IMG/VR virus record: IMGVR_UViG_2778261451_000006 | Source: a virus | Taxonomy: Duplodnaviria > Heunggongvirae > Uroviricota > Caudoviricetes | Length of the DNA stretch: 36,228 nucleotides | Direction: 5' to 3' (one strand) | In this document: piece by piece, positions 17,412 to 26,596 of the stretch | How the letters are laid out: every line of letters begins with the position of its first letter | How positions within the stretch are numbered: the first letter of the stretch is position 1 | Made by a program: the position numbers and the translations under genes | The notes under the pieces: generated by a model | What the model saw: only the letters and a program-made list of their open reading frames with translations | What the model was told of the DNA's origin: nothing | The model's database searches: none

Positions 17412-17601
17412 AACCCCGCAACCGGTTATTCCTGATCCATTGACCTACGGTGGAAGCTTGGATTTGAATGTGAGTCTGTTGTCGGCTCTGGCTGCCTGTA
17501 ATAGTGATAAAGCTGATATTCGTAAAATTGAGGCAGAGAGGAGCTGGCCATTAAGCTGTAAAGCGGAAAGACCGCAGCAAGTAGTGTCAATGCAGCAGTA
17601 A
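17296..17601 (+). CDS. o-spanin (Rz1-like lipoprotein), overlapping the i-spanin in another frame
   Basis: ATG-ATG at 17296; lipobox LLTGC; Pro-rich mature region; unusually long at 101 aa. Confidence 0.5.
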   Translation: MMIVLYALCLLPLLTGCAGTRTVYVPVPVIPLPANLTAETPQPVIPDPLTYGGSLDLNVSLLSALAACNSDKADIRKIEAERSWPLSCKAERPQQVVSMQQ

Positions 17602-17871
17602 TGACGCTGCCCCGAATACTCAAAGTTGCTGGTAGCCAGTTTCAGGTAAAAAGCTGAGAGCGCACTGGTGAGGGTTAACGGGAAGAAGCGCACCGGTGCT
17701 CTAGGCTGATAGCCAGTCAGCTTCCGGTTAGTTATGAGGGATTCACGAGATACCCCTGACACATGGTCTCAAGGGCATGATCGCGGCCATTGCGAAAGTG
17801 TGGATGCAGAAAATAATGAAAAGCAGCTCAATATGAGCCGCTTTGATTTTCCGCTCTTGTTGAAATGAAAG

Positions 17872-18153
17872 TTAGCTACCTGACCCCATTCTGTAAGTCA
17901 TAGTCACAAAACCAGGCTTTTCAGGGTCAGCGCTTATTGTTGTCTGGATATTATGAGATGAAATCTCAGAGGATCCGTTTTTTTGGGTAATAGTGATATG
18001 GCTACCATTTTCATACTCAAAGTACTTAACGGTATTTCCATTAACTACAGACTCTTCAGCTTTAACTAAGCCTTTATCATCAATGGTGATCTTGGAAATT
18101 TCTTCCTCAACCTTCATTTCACCACTTTTTGCATCAAATTGAATTTTTGGCAT
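17872..18153 (-). CDS. hypothetical protein (93 aa), reverse-oriented AT-rich orphan gene
   Basis: ATG at 18153 with GGGAGAAG about 8 nt upstream; Lys/Glu/Ser/Thr-rich; opposite strand to the late operon. Confidence 0.45.
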   Translation of the reverse strand: MPKIQFDAKSGEMKVEEEISKITIDDKGLVKAEESVVNGNTVKYFEYENGSHITITQKNGSSEISSHNIQTTISADPEKPGFVTMTYRMGSGS

Positions 18154-18412
18154 GTTTTCTTCTCCCAAGAATTGAGTATTTTCTTATACCACAAAATACT
18201 CATGCTAAACACAGTAACCTACTGGAAGCCGTAGTTTGGTGATGGGTATATATATAATGATGGGTTAAAAACCTGGTCTGATGAGGGAAAACAAATTGTG
18301 CGTAATCGCCTAAAACCAAGCTGACACCGAATCGGATTCAAGTTCAGTACTGGCCATCACACTCAATTCAAGCTACTAGAATTCGCTAGCGTTTATTTAT
18401 TTTGGAACACCC

Positions 18413-18763
18413 ATGCCACCACGAATCCCAAAGGCCTGCCGTGTTCGCGGCTGCCGCTCTATAACCACAGACCCGTCAGGTTATTGCGAAAGCCACAAAA
18501 GCGAAGGCTGGAAGCAATACAAACCTGGACAATCCCGTCATCAGCGCGGCTACGGTTCGAAGTGGGACGTTATCCGCGCGCGTGTGCTGAAACGTGACAA
18601 AGGTTTATGTCAGTTATGTCTGCGTGCCGGTGTGGTGCGTGAAGCGAAAACCGTTGATCACATCATCCCTAAAGCGCATGGCGGCTCTGATGCCGACAGT
18701 AATCTGCAGAGCCTGTGCTGGCCGTGTCATAAGGCGAAGACGGCCCGTGAACGGCTGAAGTAA
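18413..18763 (+). CDS. HNH endonuclease (terminase-associated)
   Basis: 116-aa ORF; Cys/His HNH motifs (CRVRGC, CQLCLRAG, VDHIIPKAHGG, NLQSLCWPCH); directly before the small terminase. Confidence 0.85.
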   Translation: MPPRIPKACRVRGCRSITTDPSGYCESHKSEGWKQYKPGQSRHQRGYGSKWDVIRARVLKRDKGLCQLCLRAGVVREAKTVDHIIPKAHGGSDADSNLQSLCWPCHKAKTARERLK

Positions 18764-18888
18764 GAACCAGTTCCCACTGCCAGAGGGGAGGGGCGGGTCA
18801 AATCCCTGTGACCTGACGTCTTCCGGACTGCCCGCCCCATCGTTTTTTTATACCCGCGAAAAATGAAATTTAACCAGGAGTGCCGCAT
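18764..18888 (+). other. putative cos / packaging-site region with GC stem and T-tract
   Basis: Inverted repeat GGGGCGGG (18790–18797) / CCCGCCCC (18831–18838) followed by ATCGTTTTTTTA, between HNH and terminase genes. Confidence 0.3.
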
Positions 18889-19383
18889 ATGGCTGGAACG
18901 GCGGGGCGTTCCGGGCGTCGCCCCAAGCCAACGGCGCGCAAGGCGCTGGCCGGAAACCCCGGCAAGCGAGCCCTGAATAAAGATGAACCTGTTTTTACGC
19001 CCATCAAAGGTGTTGAGCCACCGGAGTGGTTCGCTGAAGAAGATCTCCCTCTCGCTACGATCATGTGGCAACTGACAACTAAAGAACTCTGCGGTCAGGG
19101 CCTGCTGTGCGTGACTGACCTCGCGGTGCTTGAGCGGTGGTGCGTGGCCTACGAGTTCTGGCGACGTGCCGTGAAAAATATTGCCAGACAGGGCAACACC
19201 ATCACCGGTGCAATGGGCGGTATGGTCAAAAATCCTGAGCTGACCGCCAAAAAAGAACAGGAGTCCGAGATGAGCAGCACGGGGGCAATGCTCGGACTCG
19301 ACCCCAGCAGCCGCCAGCGTCTGATTGGCCTGGCGGGACAGAAGAAAGCCACTAACCCGTTTCTGAAAATCATCGAATCATGA
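18889..19383 (+). CDS. terminase small subunit
   Basis: ATG at 18889 with AGGAG 8 nt upstream; basic N-terminus; stop overlaps the large-subunit start. Confidence 0.8.
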   Translation: MAGTAGRSGRRPKPTARKALAGNPGKRALNKDEPVFTPIKGVEPPEWFAEEDLPLATIMWQLTTKELCGQGLLCVTDLAVLERWCVAYEFWRRAVKNIARQGNTITGAMGGMVKNPELTAKKEQESEMSSTGAMLGLDPSSRQRLIGLAGQKKATNPFLKIIES

Positions 19384-21113
19384 GCCGGAAATCTTACCCC
19401 AACGTAAATGCTGCCAATCAGTATGCCCGGGATGTCGTGCGCGGAAAGATTGTGGCCTGCCAGTTTGTGATTCAGGCCTGCCAGCGCCATCTTGATGACC
19501 TGATGGCGGAAAAAAGTAAGTCGTTTCGGTACCGCTTCGACAAGGACCTGGCTGAACGGGCCGCCAAATTTATTCAGCTGTTGCCGCATACCAAGGGTGA
19601 GTGGGCATTCAAACGGATGCCCATCACGCTGGAGCCGTGGCAGCTCTTTGTGATCTGCTGTGCGTTTGGCTGGGTCAATAAAGGTACCCGGCTGCGCCGC
19701 TTCCGGGAGGTGTATACCGAAATCCCCCGTAAGAACGGCAAATCGGCAATCTCTGCCGGTGTCGCCCTGTATTGTTTTGCCTGTGATAACGAGTTTGGCG
19801 CGGAAGTGTATTCCGGTGCCACGACAGAGAAACAGGCGTGGGAAGTCTTTCGCCCGGCGCGACTGATGTGTAAACGCACACCCATGCTGACGGAAGCGTT
19901 CGGGATTGAGGTTAACGCCTCAAACATGAACCGTCCGGAGGATGGCGCGCGGTTTGAACCGCTGATCGGTAACCCCGGTGATGGTTCATCACCCCACTGC
20001 GCCGTGGTGGATGAATATCACGAGCACGCCACCGATGCGCTTTATACCACGATGCTTACCGGGATGGGGGCGCGACGTCAGCCACTGATGTGGGCCATCA
20101 CCACCGCCGGGTACAACATTGAGGGGCCGTGCTACGACAAGCGGCGGGAAGTCATCGAGATGCTCAATGGCTCGGTGCCTAACGATGAACTGTTCGGGAT
20201 CATCTATACCGTTGATGAAGGTGACGACTGGACCGACCCGCAGGTGCTGGAAAAAGCCAATCCAAATATTGGCGTGTCGGTTTATCGCGAATTTTTGTTA
20301 AGTCAGCAGCAGCGTGCGAAAAATAACGCCCGTCTGGCAAACGTCTTTAAAACAAAACACCTCAATATCTGGGTGTCGGCGCGTTCGGCGTATTTCAACC
20401 AGGTGAGCTGGCAGAGCTGCGAGGATAAATCACTGACCCTTGAGCAGTTCGAGGGGCAGCCGTGCATTCTGGCCTTTGACCTGGCGCGTAAACTGGATAT
20501 GAACAGCATGGCGCGACTTTATACCCGCGAGATTGACGGTAAAACGCATTACTACAGTGTGGCCCCGCGTTTCTGGGTACCGTATGACACGGTGTACAGC
20601 GTCGAGAAAAATGAAGATCGACGGACAGCCGAACGCTTTCAGAAATGGGTGGAAATGGGCGTTCTGACCGTTACCGATGGTGCGGAGGTGGATTATCGCT
20701 ACATCCTCGAGGAGGCCAAAGCGGCGAACAAAATCAGCCCGGTCAGTGAGTCACCCATCGACCCCTTCGGGGCGACCGGGTTGTCACATGACCTTGCTGA
20801 TGAAGACCTGAACCCCATCACTATCATTCAGAACTACACCAACATGTCCGACCCGATGAAAGAGCTGGAAGCGGCAATTGAATCGGGGCGCTTTCATCAT
20901 GATGGCAATCCCATCATGACCTGGTGTATCGGCAACGTGGTCGGCAAAACCATTCCGGGTAACGATGATGTGGTGAAGCCCGTCAAAGAGCAGGCGGAAA
21001 ACAAAATCGATGGTGCAGTTGCGCTGATTATGGCGGTTGGCAGAGCCATGCTGTACGAGAAAGAAGACACGCTGTCTGACCACATTGAGTCCTATGGGAT
21101 CCGCTCGCTTTAA
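19380..21113 (+). CDS. terminase large subunit
   Basis: 577-aa ORF, expected size and position; ATPase and nuclease domains inferred from overall similarity (recalled). Confidence 0.9.
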   Translation: MSRKSYPNVNAANQYARDVVRGKIVACQFVIQACQRHLDDLMAEKSKSFRYRFDKDLAERAAKFIQLLPHTKGEWAFKRMPITLEPWQLFVICCAFGWVNKGTRLRRFREVYTEIPRKNGKSAISAGVALYCFACDNEFGAEVYSGATTEKQAWEVFRPARLMCKRTPMLTEAFGIEVNASNMNRPEDGARFEPLIGNPGDGSSPHCAVVDEYHEHATDALYTTMLTGMGARRQPLMWAITTAGYNIEGPCYDKRREVIEMLNGSVPNDELFGIIYTVDEGDDWTDPQVLEKANPNIGVSVYREFLLSQQQRAKNNARLANVFKTKHLNIWVSARSAYFNQVSWQSCEDKSLTLEQFEGQPCILAFDLARKLDMNSMARLYTREIDGKTHYYSVAPRFWVPYDTVYSVEKNEDRRTAERFQKWVEMGVLTVTDGAEVDYRYILEEAKAANKISPVSESPIDPFGATGLSHDLADEDLNPITIIQNYTNMSDPMKELEAAIESGRFHHDGNPIMTWCIGNVVGKTIPGNDDVVKPVKEQAENKIDGAVALIMAVGRAMLYEKEDTLSDHIESYGIRSL

Positions 21114-21124
21114 CTGAGGTAATT

Positions 21125-21307
21125 ATGATCATGCTGATTCTCGCGCCTCTGGTGGGCGTGCTGGGGGCGCTTTTGCTGGCGTATGGTGCCTGGCTGATTT
21201 ATCCCCCGGCGGGGTTTGTTGTTGCCGGGGCGTTGTGCCTGTTCTGGTCGTGGCTGGTGACGCGCTATCTCGACCGTACACAGTCGTCTGTCGGCGGAGG
21301 TAAATAG
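21125..21307 (+). CDS. hypothetical small membrane protein (60 aa)
   Basis: GAGGT upstream of ATG; two hydrophobic segments; fits exactly between terminase and portal. Confidence 0.35.
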   Translation: MIMLILAPLVGVLGALLLAYGAWLIYPPAGFVVAGALCLFWSWLVTRYLDRTQSSVGGGK

Positions 21308-22548
21308 TGTTCTTTTCGGGATTATTTCAACGAAAAAGTGACGCACCGGTGACCACGCCAGCAGAGCTGGCGGATGCTATCGGGTTGTCCTACGACACCT
21401 ATACCGGAAAGCAGATCAGCAGCCAGCGGGCCATGCGACTGACGGCGGTTTTTTCCTGTGTCAGGGTGCTGGCGGAGTCGGTCGGGATGTTGCCCTGCAA
21501 CCTGTATCACCTGAACGGCAGCCTGAAGCAGAGAGCCACCGGCGAACGTCTGCATAAGCTGATCTCCACGCATCCCAATGGCTATATGACGCCGCAGGAG
21601 TTCTGGGAGCTGGTGGTCACCTGTCTGTGCCTGCGGGGAAACTTTTACGCCTACAAAGTGAAAGCATTTGGCGAAGTGGCTGAACTGCTGCCCGTCGATC
21701 CCGGCTGTGTGGTACCGAAGCTTAACAGTAGCTGGGAGCCGGTCTATCAGGTCACATTCCCGGATGGCTCCACGGATGTACTGAGCCAGGAGGATATCTG
21801 GCATGTGCGCACGCTGACGCTGGACGGACTGGTGGGGCTGAATCCCATCGCCTATGCCCGCGAGGCAATATCACTGGCGGCAGCGACCGAAGAGCACGGG
21901 GCCAGACTGTTCAGCAATGGCGCGGTGACGTCGGGTGTGTTGCGTACAGAGCAGACGCTGTCAGATCAGGCTTATGAGCGCCTGAAGAAAGATTTTGAGG
22001 AGCGTCACACCGGGCTTGGCAATGCTCACCGCCCGATGATCCTTGAGATGGGGCTGGACTGGAAGTCGATGGCGCTGAACGCCGAGGACAGCCAGTTCCT
22101 GGAAACCCGCAAGTTTCAGCTTGAAGAAATCTGTCGTCTGTTCCGGGTGCCGTTGCACATGGTGCAGAACACCGATCGTGCCACCTTCAACAATATCGAA
22201 GAGCTGGGGCTGGGATTTATCAACTATTCACTGGTGCCGTATCTGACCCGCATCGAACAGCGGATCAACACCGGACTGGTACGAAAAAGTAAGCAGGGCG
22301 TTTATTACGCCAAATTTAACGCCGGGGCGTTACTGCGCGGGGATATGAAGTCCCGTTTTGAAGCCTACGCCACCGGGATCAACTGGGGAATTTACTCTCC
22401 CAATGACTGCCGCGACCTGGAAGATATGAATCCGCGTCCCGGTGGTGATGTCTATCTCACACCGATGAACATGACCACGAAACCCTCCGATGGCAGTAAA
22501 GCCGGTAAGCAGAAGGATAACGCCAATGCAGACGAAACAACGTCTTGA
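21307..22548 (+). CDS. portal protein (HK97 family)
   Basis: 413-aa ORF from GTG with GGAGGT 7 nt upstream; follows terminase; family assignment from memory. Confidence 0.85.
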   Translation: MFFSGLFQRKSDAPVTTPAELADAIGLSYDTYTGKQISSQRAMRLTAVFSCVRVLAESVGMLPCNLYHLNGSLKQRATGERLHKLISTHPNGYMTPQEFWELVVTCLCLRGNFYAYKVKAFGEVAELLPVDPGCVVPKLNSSWEPVYQVTFPDGSTDVLSQEDIWHVRTLTLDGLVGLNPIAYAREAISLAAATEEHGARLFSNGAVTSGVLRTEQTLSDQAYERLKKDFEERHTGLGNAHRPMILEMGLDWKSMALNAEDSQFLETRKFQLEEICRLFRVPLHMVQNTDRATFNNIEELGLGFINYSLVPYLTRIEQRINTGLVRKSKQGVYYAKFNAGALLRGDMKSRFEAYATGINWGIYSPNDCRDLEDMNPRPGGDVYLTPMNMTTKPSDGSKAGKQKDNANADETTS

Positions 22549-23176
22549 TGTACCGCTGAGTCTGAAATCTGTCAGTGACTCCGGTGAGTTTGAAGGGTAT
22601 GGCTCCGTCTTTGGTGTAAAGGACAGCCACGATGATGTGGTGATGTCCGGGGCATTTGCCGCTTCCCTGCGGGCGTGGAGTGACAGAAAAGCGTTACCTG
22701 CGCTGCTCTGGCAGCACCGCATGGATGAACCCATCGGTGTTTACACCGAAATGAAGGAAGACGATGTCGGGCTTTACGTCAGGGGACGGTTGCTTATTGA
22801 TGATGATCCCCTCGCAAAACGCGCACATGCACACATGAAGGCCGGTTCGTTAACCGGCCTTTCTATTGGGTACGTCCTGAAAGACTGGGAATACGACCGG
22901 AGCAAAGAAGCCTTTCTGCTGAAAGAAATCGACCTCTGGGAAGTCAGCCTGGTGACGTTCCCGTCTAACGACGAGGCGCGGATCAGCGACGTCAAGAACG
23001 CACTGGCCCGCGGGGAAATCCCCGAACAGAAAAAAATCGAAAGAGTCCTGCGTGATGTCGGACTCTCCCGTACCCAGGCCAAAGCATTCATGGCCGGGGG
23101 CTATGGCGCACTGTCCCTGCGCGACGCTGAGGATGTGGGCTCTGCACTGAATGCACTGAAAAATCTGAACTTCTAA
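22526..23176 (+). CDS. prohead protease (HK97 family)
   Basis: ATG at 22526; sits between portal and major capsid genes. Confidence 0.8.
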   Translation: MQTKQRLDVPLSLKSVSDSGEFEGYGSVFGVKDSHDDVVMSGAFAASLRAWSDRKALPALLWQHRMDEPIGVYTEMKEDDVGLYVRGRLLIDDDPLAKRAHAHMKAGSLTGLSIGYVLKDWEYDRSKEAFLLKEIDLWEVSLVTFPSNDEARISDVKNALARGEIPEQKKIERVLRDVGLSRTQAKAFMAGGYGALSLRDAEDVGSALNALKNLNF

Positions 23177-23190
23177 TCAGGAGAAATACG

Positions 23191-24396
23191 ATGGCGGTTG
23201 ATATTAAAGATGTCGAACAGGTCGCGCAGGAGCTGCAGCAGAAGTTTGACGACTTCAAAGCAAAGAACGACAAGCGCGTGGATGCGATTGAGCAGGAAAA
23301 AGGCAAACTTGCCGGGCAGGTGGAAACCCTGAACGAGAAACTCAGCGAGCTGGAAAACCTCAAAAGCGATCTTGAAAAAGAGCTGCTTGAGCTGAAACGT
23401 CCGGCAGGTGGTGCGCAAAATAAACTGGCCACCGAGCATAAAGAAGCGTTTGTGGGTTTCCTGCGTAAAGGCCGTGAAGATGGTCTGCGCGATCTGGAGC
23501 GCAAGGCATTACAGGTGGGCACCGATGAAGACGGCGGCTATGCCGTGCCGGAAGCACTGGATCGCAACATTCTCACCCTGCTGAAAGATGAAGTGGTGAT
23601 GCGCCAGGAAGCCACGGTGATCACCGTTGGTGGTTCCGACTACAAAAAACTGGTGAATCTGGGCGGCACGGCTTCTGGATGGGTTGGCGAGACTGACGCG
23701 CGCTCCCAGACTGCCACCTCAAAACTGGGCCTGATTGAACCTTTCATGGGGGAAATCTACGGTAACCCGCAGGCCACCCAGAAAATGCTGGATGATGCCT
23801 TTTTCAACGTGGAAGCATGGATCAACAGCGAGCTGGCAACCGAATTTGCCGAACAGGAAGAAATTGCCTTTACCACCGGCGATGGTACCAAGAAGCCGAA
23901 AGGGTTCCTGGCGTATGAATCCACTGATGAAACCGATAAGGTCCGGGCGTTCGGCAAACTTCAGCATATTGTATCCGGCGAAGCGACGGGGGTGACCGCA
24001 GACGCCATTATCAAACTGATTTACACGCTGCGAAAGGCACACCGCACTGGCGCGAAGTTCATGATGAACAACAACAGCCTGTTTGCCATCCGTCTGCTGA
24101 AAGACACCGAGGGTAACTATCTGTGGCGTCCGGGGCTGGAACTGGGGCAGCCGTCCTCTCTGGCGGGTTACGGTATCGCTGAAAACGAACAGATGCCGGA
24201 TATCGCCGCTGATGCGAAAGCCATTGCATTTGGTAACTTCAAACGGGGTTACACCATCGTTGACCGTATCGGCACCCGCATTCTGCGTGATCCGTACACC
24301 AATAAACCGTTTGTCGGTTTTTATACCACCAAGCGCACCGGCGGGATGCTGGTCGATTCGCAGGCCATCAAACTGCTGAAGATTGCAGCAGCGTAA
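23191..24396 (+). CDS. major capsid protein (HK97 fold) with N-terminal scaffold-like coiled coil
   Basis: 401-aa ORF; first ~100 aa are Glu/Lys/Leu-rich (delta-domain-like), then a capsid-like body. Confidence 0.9.
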   Translation: MAVDIKDVEQVAQELQQKFDDFKAKNDKRVDAIEQEKGKLAGQVETLNEKLSELENLKSDLEKELLELKRPAGGAQNKLATEHKEAFVGFLRKGREDGLRDLERKALQVGTDEDGGYAVPEALDRNILTLLKDEVVMRQEATVITVGGSDYKKLVNLGGTASGWVGETDARSQTATSKLGLIEPFMGEIYGNPQATQKMLDDAFFNVEAWINSELATEFAEQEEIAFTTGDGTKKPKGFLAYESTDETDKVRAFGKLQHIVSGEATGVTADAIIKLIYTLRKAHRTGAKFMMNNNSLFAIRLLKDTEGNYLWRPGLELGQPSSLAGYGIAENEQMPDIAADAKAIAFGNFKRGYTIVDRIGTRILRDPYTNKPFVGFYTTKRTGGMLVDSQAIKLLKIAAA

Positions 24397-24445
24397 TCAT
24401 TCAGGGGCGCGGAACCGCGCCCCCTGTTCTGACGGGTGAAGAATC

Positions 24446-24646
24446 ATGATCCTGAAACAAGATCTGAAATGGTCACCGGACGGTATGCGTGTTGAGGTCA
24501 TTCGGGCCGGTGAGTATGACGACGGGGCGCTTCCTGCCCGGGTGCAGGAGATTGCACTTCAGGCCGGGTTAGCTGAGCGCGGAACCAGTGCAAAAAGCAG
24601 TAAAGCGGCAAAAGAGAAAAAAGCCACGACCAGTAAAGAGAGCTGA
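24446..24646 (+). CDS. hypothetical small protein (66 aa)
   Basis: ORF between capsid and head-tail connector genes; Lys-rich tail; weak ribosome-binding site. Confidence 0.35.
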   Translation: MILKQDLKWSPDGMRVEVIRAGEYDDGALPARVQEIALQAGLAERGTSAKSSKAAKEKKATTSKES

Positions 24647-24648
24647 GT

Positions 24649-24972
24649 ATGCTTCTGACAATGGAAGAGATTAAAGCCCAACTCCGGCTGGATGAGGATT
24701 TCGATGCTGATGACCGCCATCTGCAACTGCTGGCCTGTGCGGCGCAAAAGCGGACGGAAACGTATCTGAACCGGAAGCTCTATGCACCGGATGAATCCAT
24801 TCCGGACAGCGATCCGGACGGGCTGCACCTGCCGGATGATATTCGTCTGGGGATGCTGATGCTTATCAGCCATTTTTACGAAAACCGCTCGTCGGTTACG
24901 GAAGTGGAGAAACTCGACATGCCGCAGAGTTTTGGCTGGCTTGTCGGCCCGTACAGGTACTTTCCGCAATGA
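24649..24972 (+). CDS. head-tail connector protein (gp6-like)
   Basis: 107-aa ORF right after the capsid module; acidic; typical size and position. Confidence 0.65.
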   Translation: MLLTMEEIKAQLRLDEDFDADDRHLQLLACAAQKRTETYLNRKLYAPDESIPDSDPDGLHLPDDIRLGMLMLISHFYENRSSVTEVEKLDMPQSFGWLVGPYRYFPQ

Positions 24973-25379
24973 AAATTCGTCAGGCGCAGACCAGCGCAAC
25001 CTACATTCTGCCGGACCCCGGTGAACTGAATAAACGCGTCCTGATCCGCCTGCGGGTGGATATGCCCGCGGATAACTTTGGCGTGGAGCCTCAATACCCG
25101 GTTACGTTCCGGACATGGGCGAAGGTTATCCAGACCAGTGCCACCACCTGGCAGGAAACCGCGCAGACAGGGGACGCCATCACCCATTACATCACCATTC
25201 GTTATCGCCGGGGGATCACCGCTGATTATGAGGTGGTCTGCGGTGACAGTGTGTACCGGGTGAAACGTCAGCGCGATCTGAACGGGGCGCGGCGCTTTCT
25301 GCTGCTGGAGTGTACGGAGCTGGGCGAATGTAGGCAGAGTCACGGAGGCAACAATGACGACTTCCTTTTTGCACGTTGA
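24969..25379 (+). CDS. head closure / head-tail joining protein
   Basis: 136-aa ORF, start overlaps previous stop; call by position and size. Confidence 0.6.
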   Translation: MKIRQAQTSATYILPDPGELNKRVLIRLRVDMPADNFGVEPQYPVTFRTWAKVIQTSATTWQETAQTGDAITHYITIRYRRGITADYEVVCGDSVYRVKRQRDLNGARRFLLLECTELGECRQSHGGNNDDFLFAR

Positions 25380-25860
25380 TTTTCAGCAGCCCGCGGAGAT
25401 GCGCTTTAACCGCGCCCGTGTCCGGCGGGCGTTTGTCACGATTGGTCAGCGTCATATGCGTGATGCCCGTCGGCTGGTGATGCGCCGTGCGCGGTCGGCA
25501 CCGGGTGAAAACCCCGGTTATCAAACCGGACGCCTGGCTCGTTCGATTGGTTACATGGTACCCAGAGCCAGTAAACATCGCCCTGGTTTTATGGCACGTA
25601 TAGCCCCTAACCAGCGTAATGGAGAGGGAAACCGCCGTATCACCGGTGATTTTTATCCGGCTTTTTTGTTCTATGGCGTGAGGCGCGGGGCAAAGCGTCG
25701 TCGCAGCCATCATCGTGGTGCATCCGGTGGCAGCGGCTGGCGACTGGCTCCACGTAATAACTTCATGGTGGAAACTCTTGAAAAGAACCGCAGCTGGACA
25801 CGCTATTTTCTGGCGCGGGAATTGCGTAAATCACTGAAGCCGGAGCGACGACACAGATGA
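25354..25860 (+). CDS. tail/neck component (HK97 gp10-like)
   Basis: 168-aa basic ORF in the head-tail joining block. Confidence 0.55.
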   Translation: MTTSFLHVDFQQPAEMRFNRARVRRAFVTIGQRHMRDARRLVMRRARSAPGENPGYQTGRLARSIGYMVPRASKHRPGFMARIAPNQRNGEGNRRITGDFYPAFLFYGVRRGAKRRRSHHRGASGGSGWRLAPRNNFMVETLEKNRSWTRYFLARELRKSLKPERRHR

Positions 25861-26417
25861 AACTGACGCCTGTTATTGCTGCACTGCGTGCCCGCTGTCC
25901 GTATTTTGAAAACCGGGTTGCAGGCGCGGCCCAGTTCAAAAATCTGCCGGAGGTCGGAAAGCTGAAACTCCCGGCGGCATATGTTGTACCGGGTGATGAT
26001 TCTCCGGGAGAAAACAAAAGCCAGACCGACTACTGGCAGGAGCTGAAAGAGGGTTTCTCCGTGGTTGTCATACTGAGTAACGGGCGTGATGAGCGCGGTC
26101 AGTTTGCCTCGTATGATGTGGTAGACGATGTCCGGCAGATGCTCTTTAATGCTCTGCTGGGCTGGAACCCGGAGGCGTGCGGTAACCCGATTACCTATGA
26201 CGGCGGCACGCTGCTGGATCTGAATCGTCATGAGCTGATTTATCAGTTCGATTTTTCGGTCATCAGCGAGCTGACTGAAGACGATACCCGCCAGCAGGAT
26301 GATCTGAACAGTCTGGATGAACTGCGAACGCTGGCGATTGATGTTGATTATCTCGATCCCGGTAACGGGCCTGACGGCGATATCGAACATCACACCGAAA
26401 TACCCCTTCCTTCCTGA
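25857..26417 (+). CDS. tail completion / terminator-like protein (Mu-type)
   Basis: 186-aa acidic ORF immediately before the sheath module. Confidence 0.5.
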   Translation: MKLTPVIAALRARCPYFENRVAGAAQFKNLPEVGKLKLPAAYVVPGDDSPGENKSQTDYWQELKEGFSVVVILSNGRDERGQFASYDVVDDVRQMLFNALLGWNPEACGNPITYDGGTLLDLNRHELIYQFDFSVISELTEDDTRQQDDLNSLDELRTLAIDVDYLDPGNGPDGDIEHHTEIPLPS

Positions 26418-26425
26418 GGATCATC

Positions 26426-26596
26426 ATGTTTGTGAAACCTGTTAAAGGGCGGTCAGTGCCTGACCCTGCCCGCGGCGACCTTTTGCCCGCCGAAGGGCGA
26501 AATGTTGATGAGAACAACTACTGGCTGCGCCGTGAAGCAGCGGGTGATATCCGGCGCGTGAATAAAAAGGTGAACACCGATGACGATAAGCTTTAA
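26426..26596 (+). CDS. small conserved tail-module protein (56 aa)
   Basis: Below the ORF-track cutoff; ATG at 26426 with GAGGA upstream; MFVKPVKGRSVPDPARGDLLPAEGRNVDENNYWLRR; stop overlaps the sheath start. Confidence 0.4.
   Translation: MFVKPVKGRSVPDPARGDLLPAEGRNVDENNYWLRREAAGDIRRVNKKVNTDDDKL

Noticed and set aside
17426-17762. Minus-strand ORFs 17426–17623 and 17445–17762 overlapping the o-spanin
   Set aside because: Overlap a plausible lipoprotein gene on the other strand, lack ribosome-binding sites, and have low-complexity translations.
18880-18888. GTG at 18880 as the small-terminase start
   Set aside because: The GTG overlaps the AGGAG ribosome-binding site itself; the ATG at 18889 has proper spacing.
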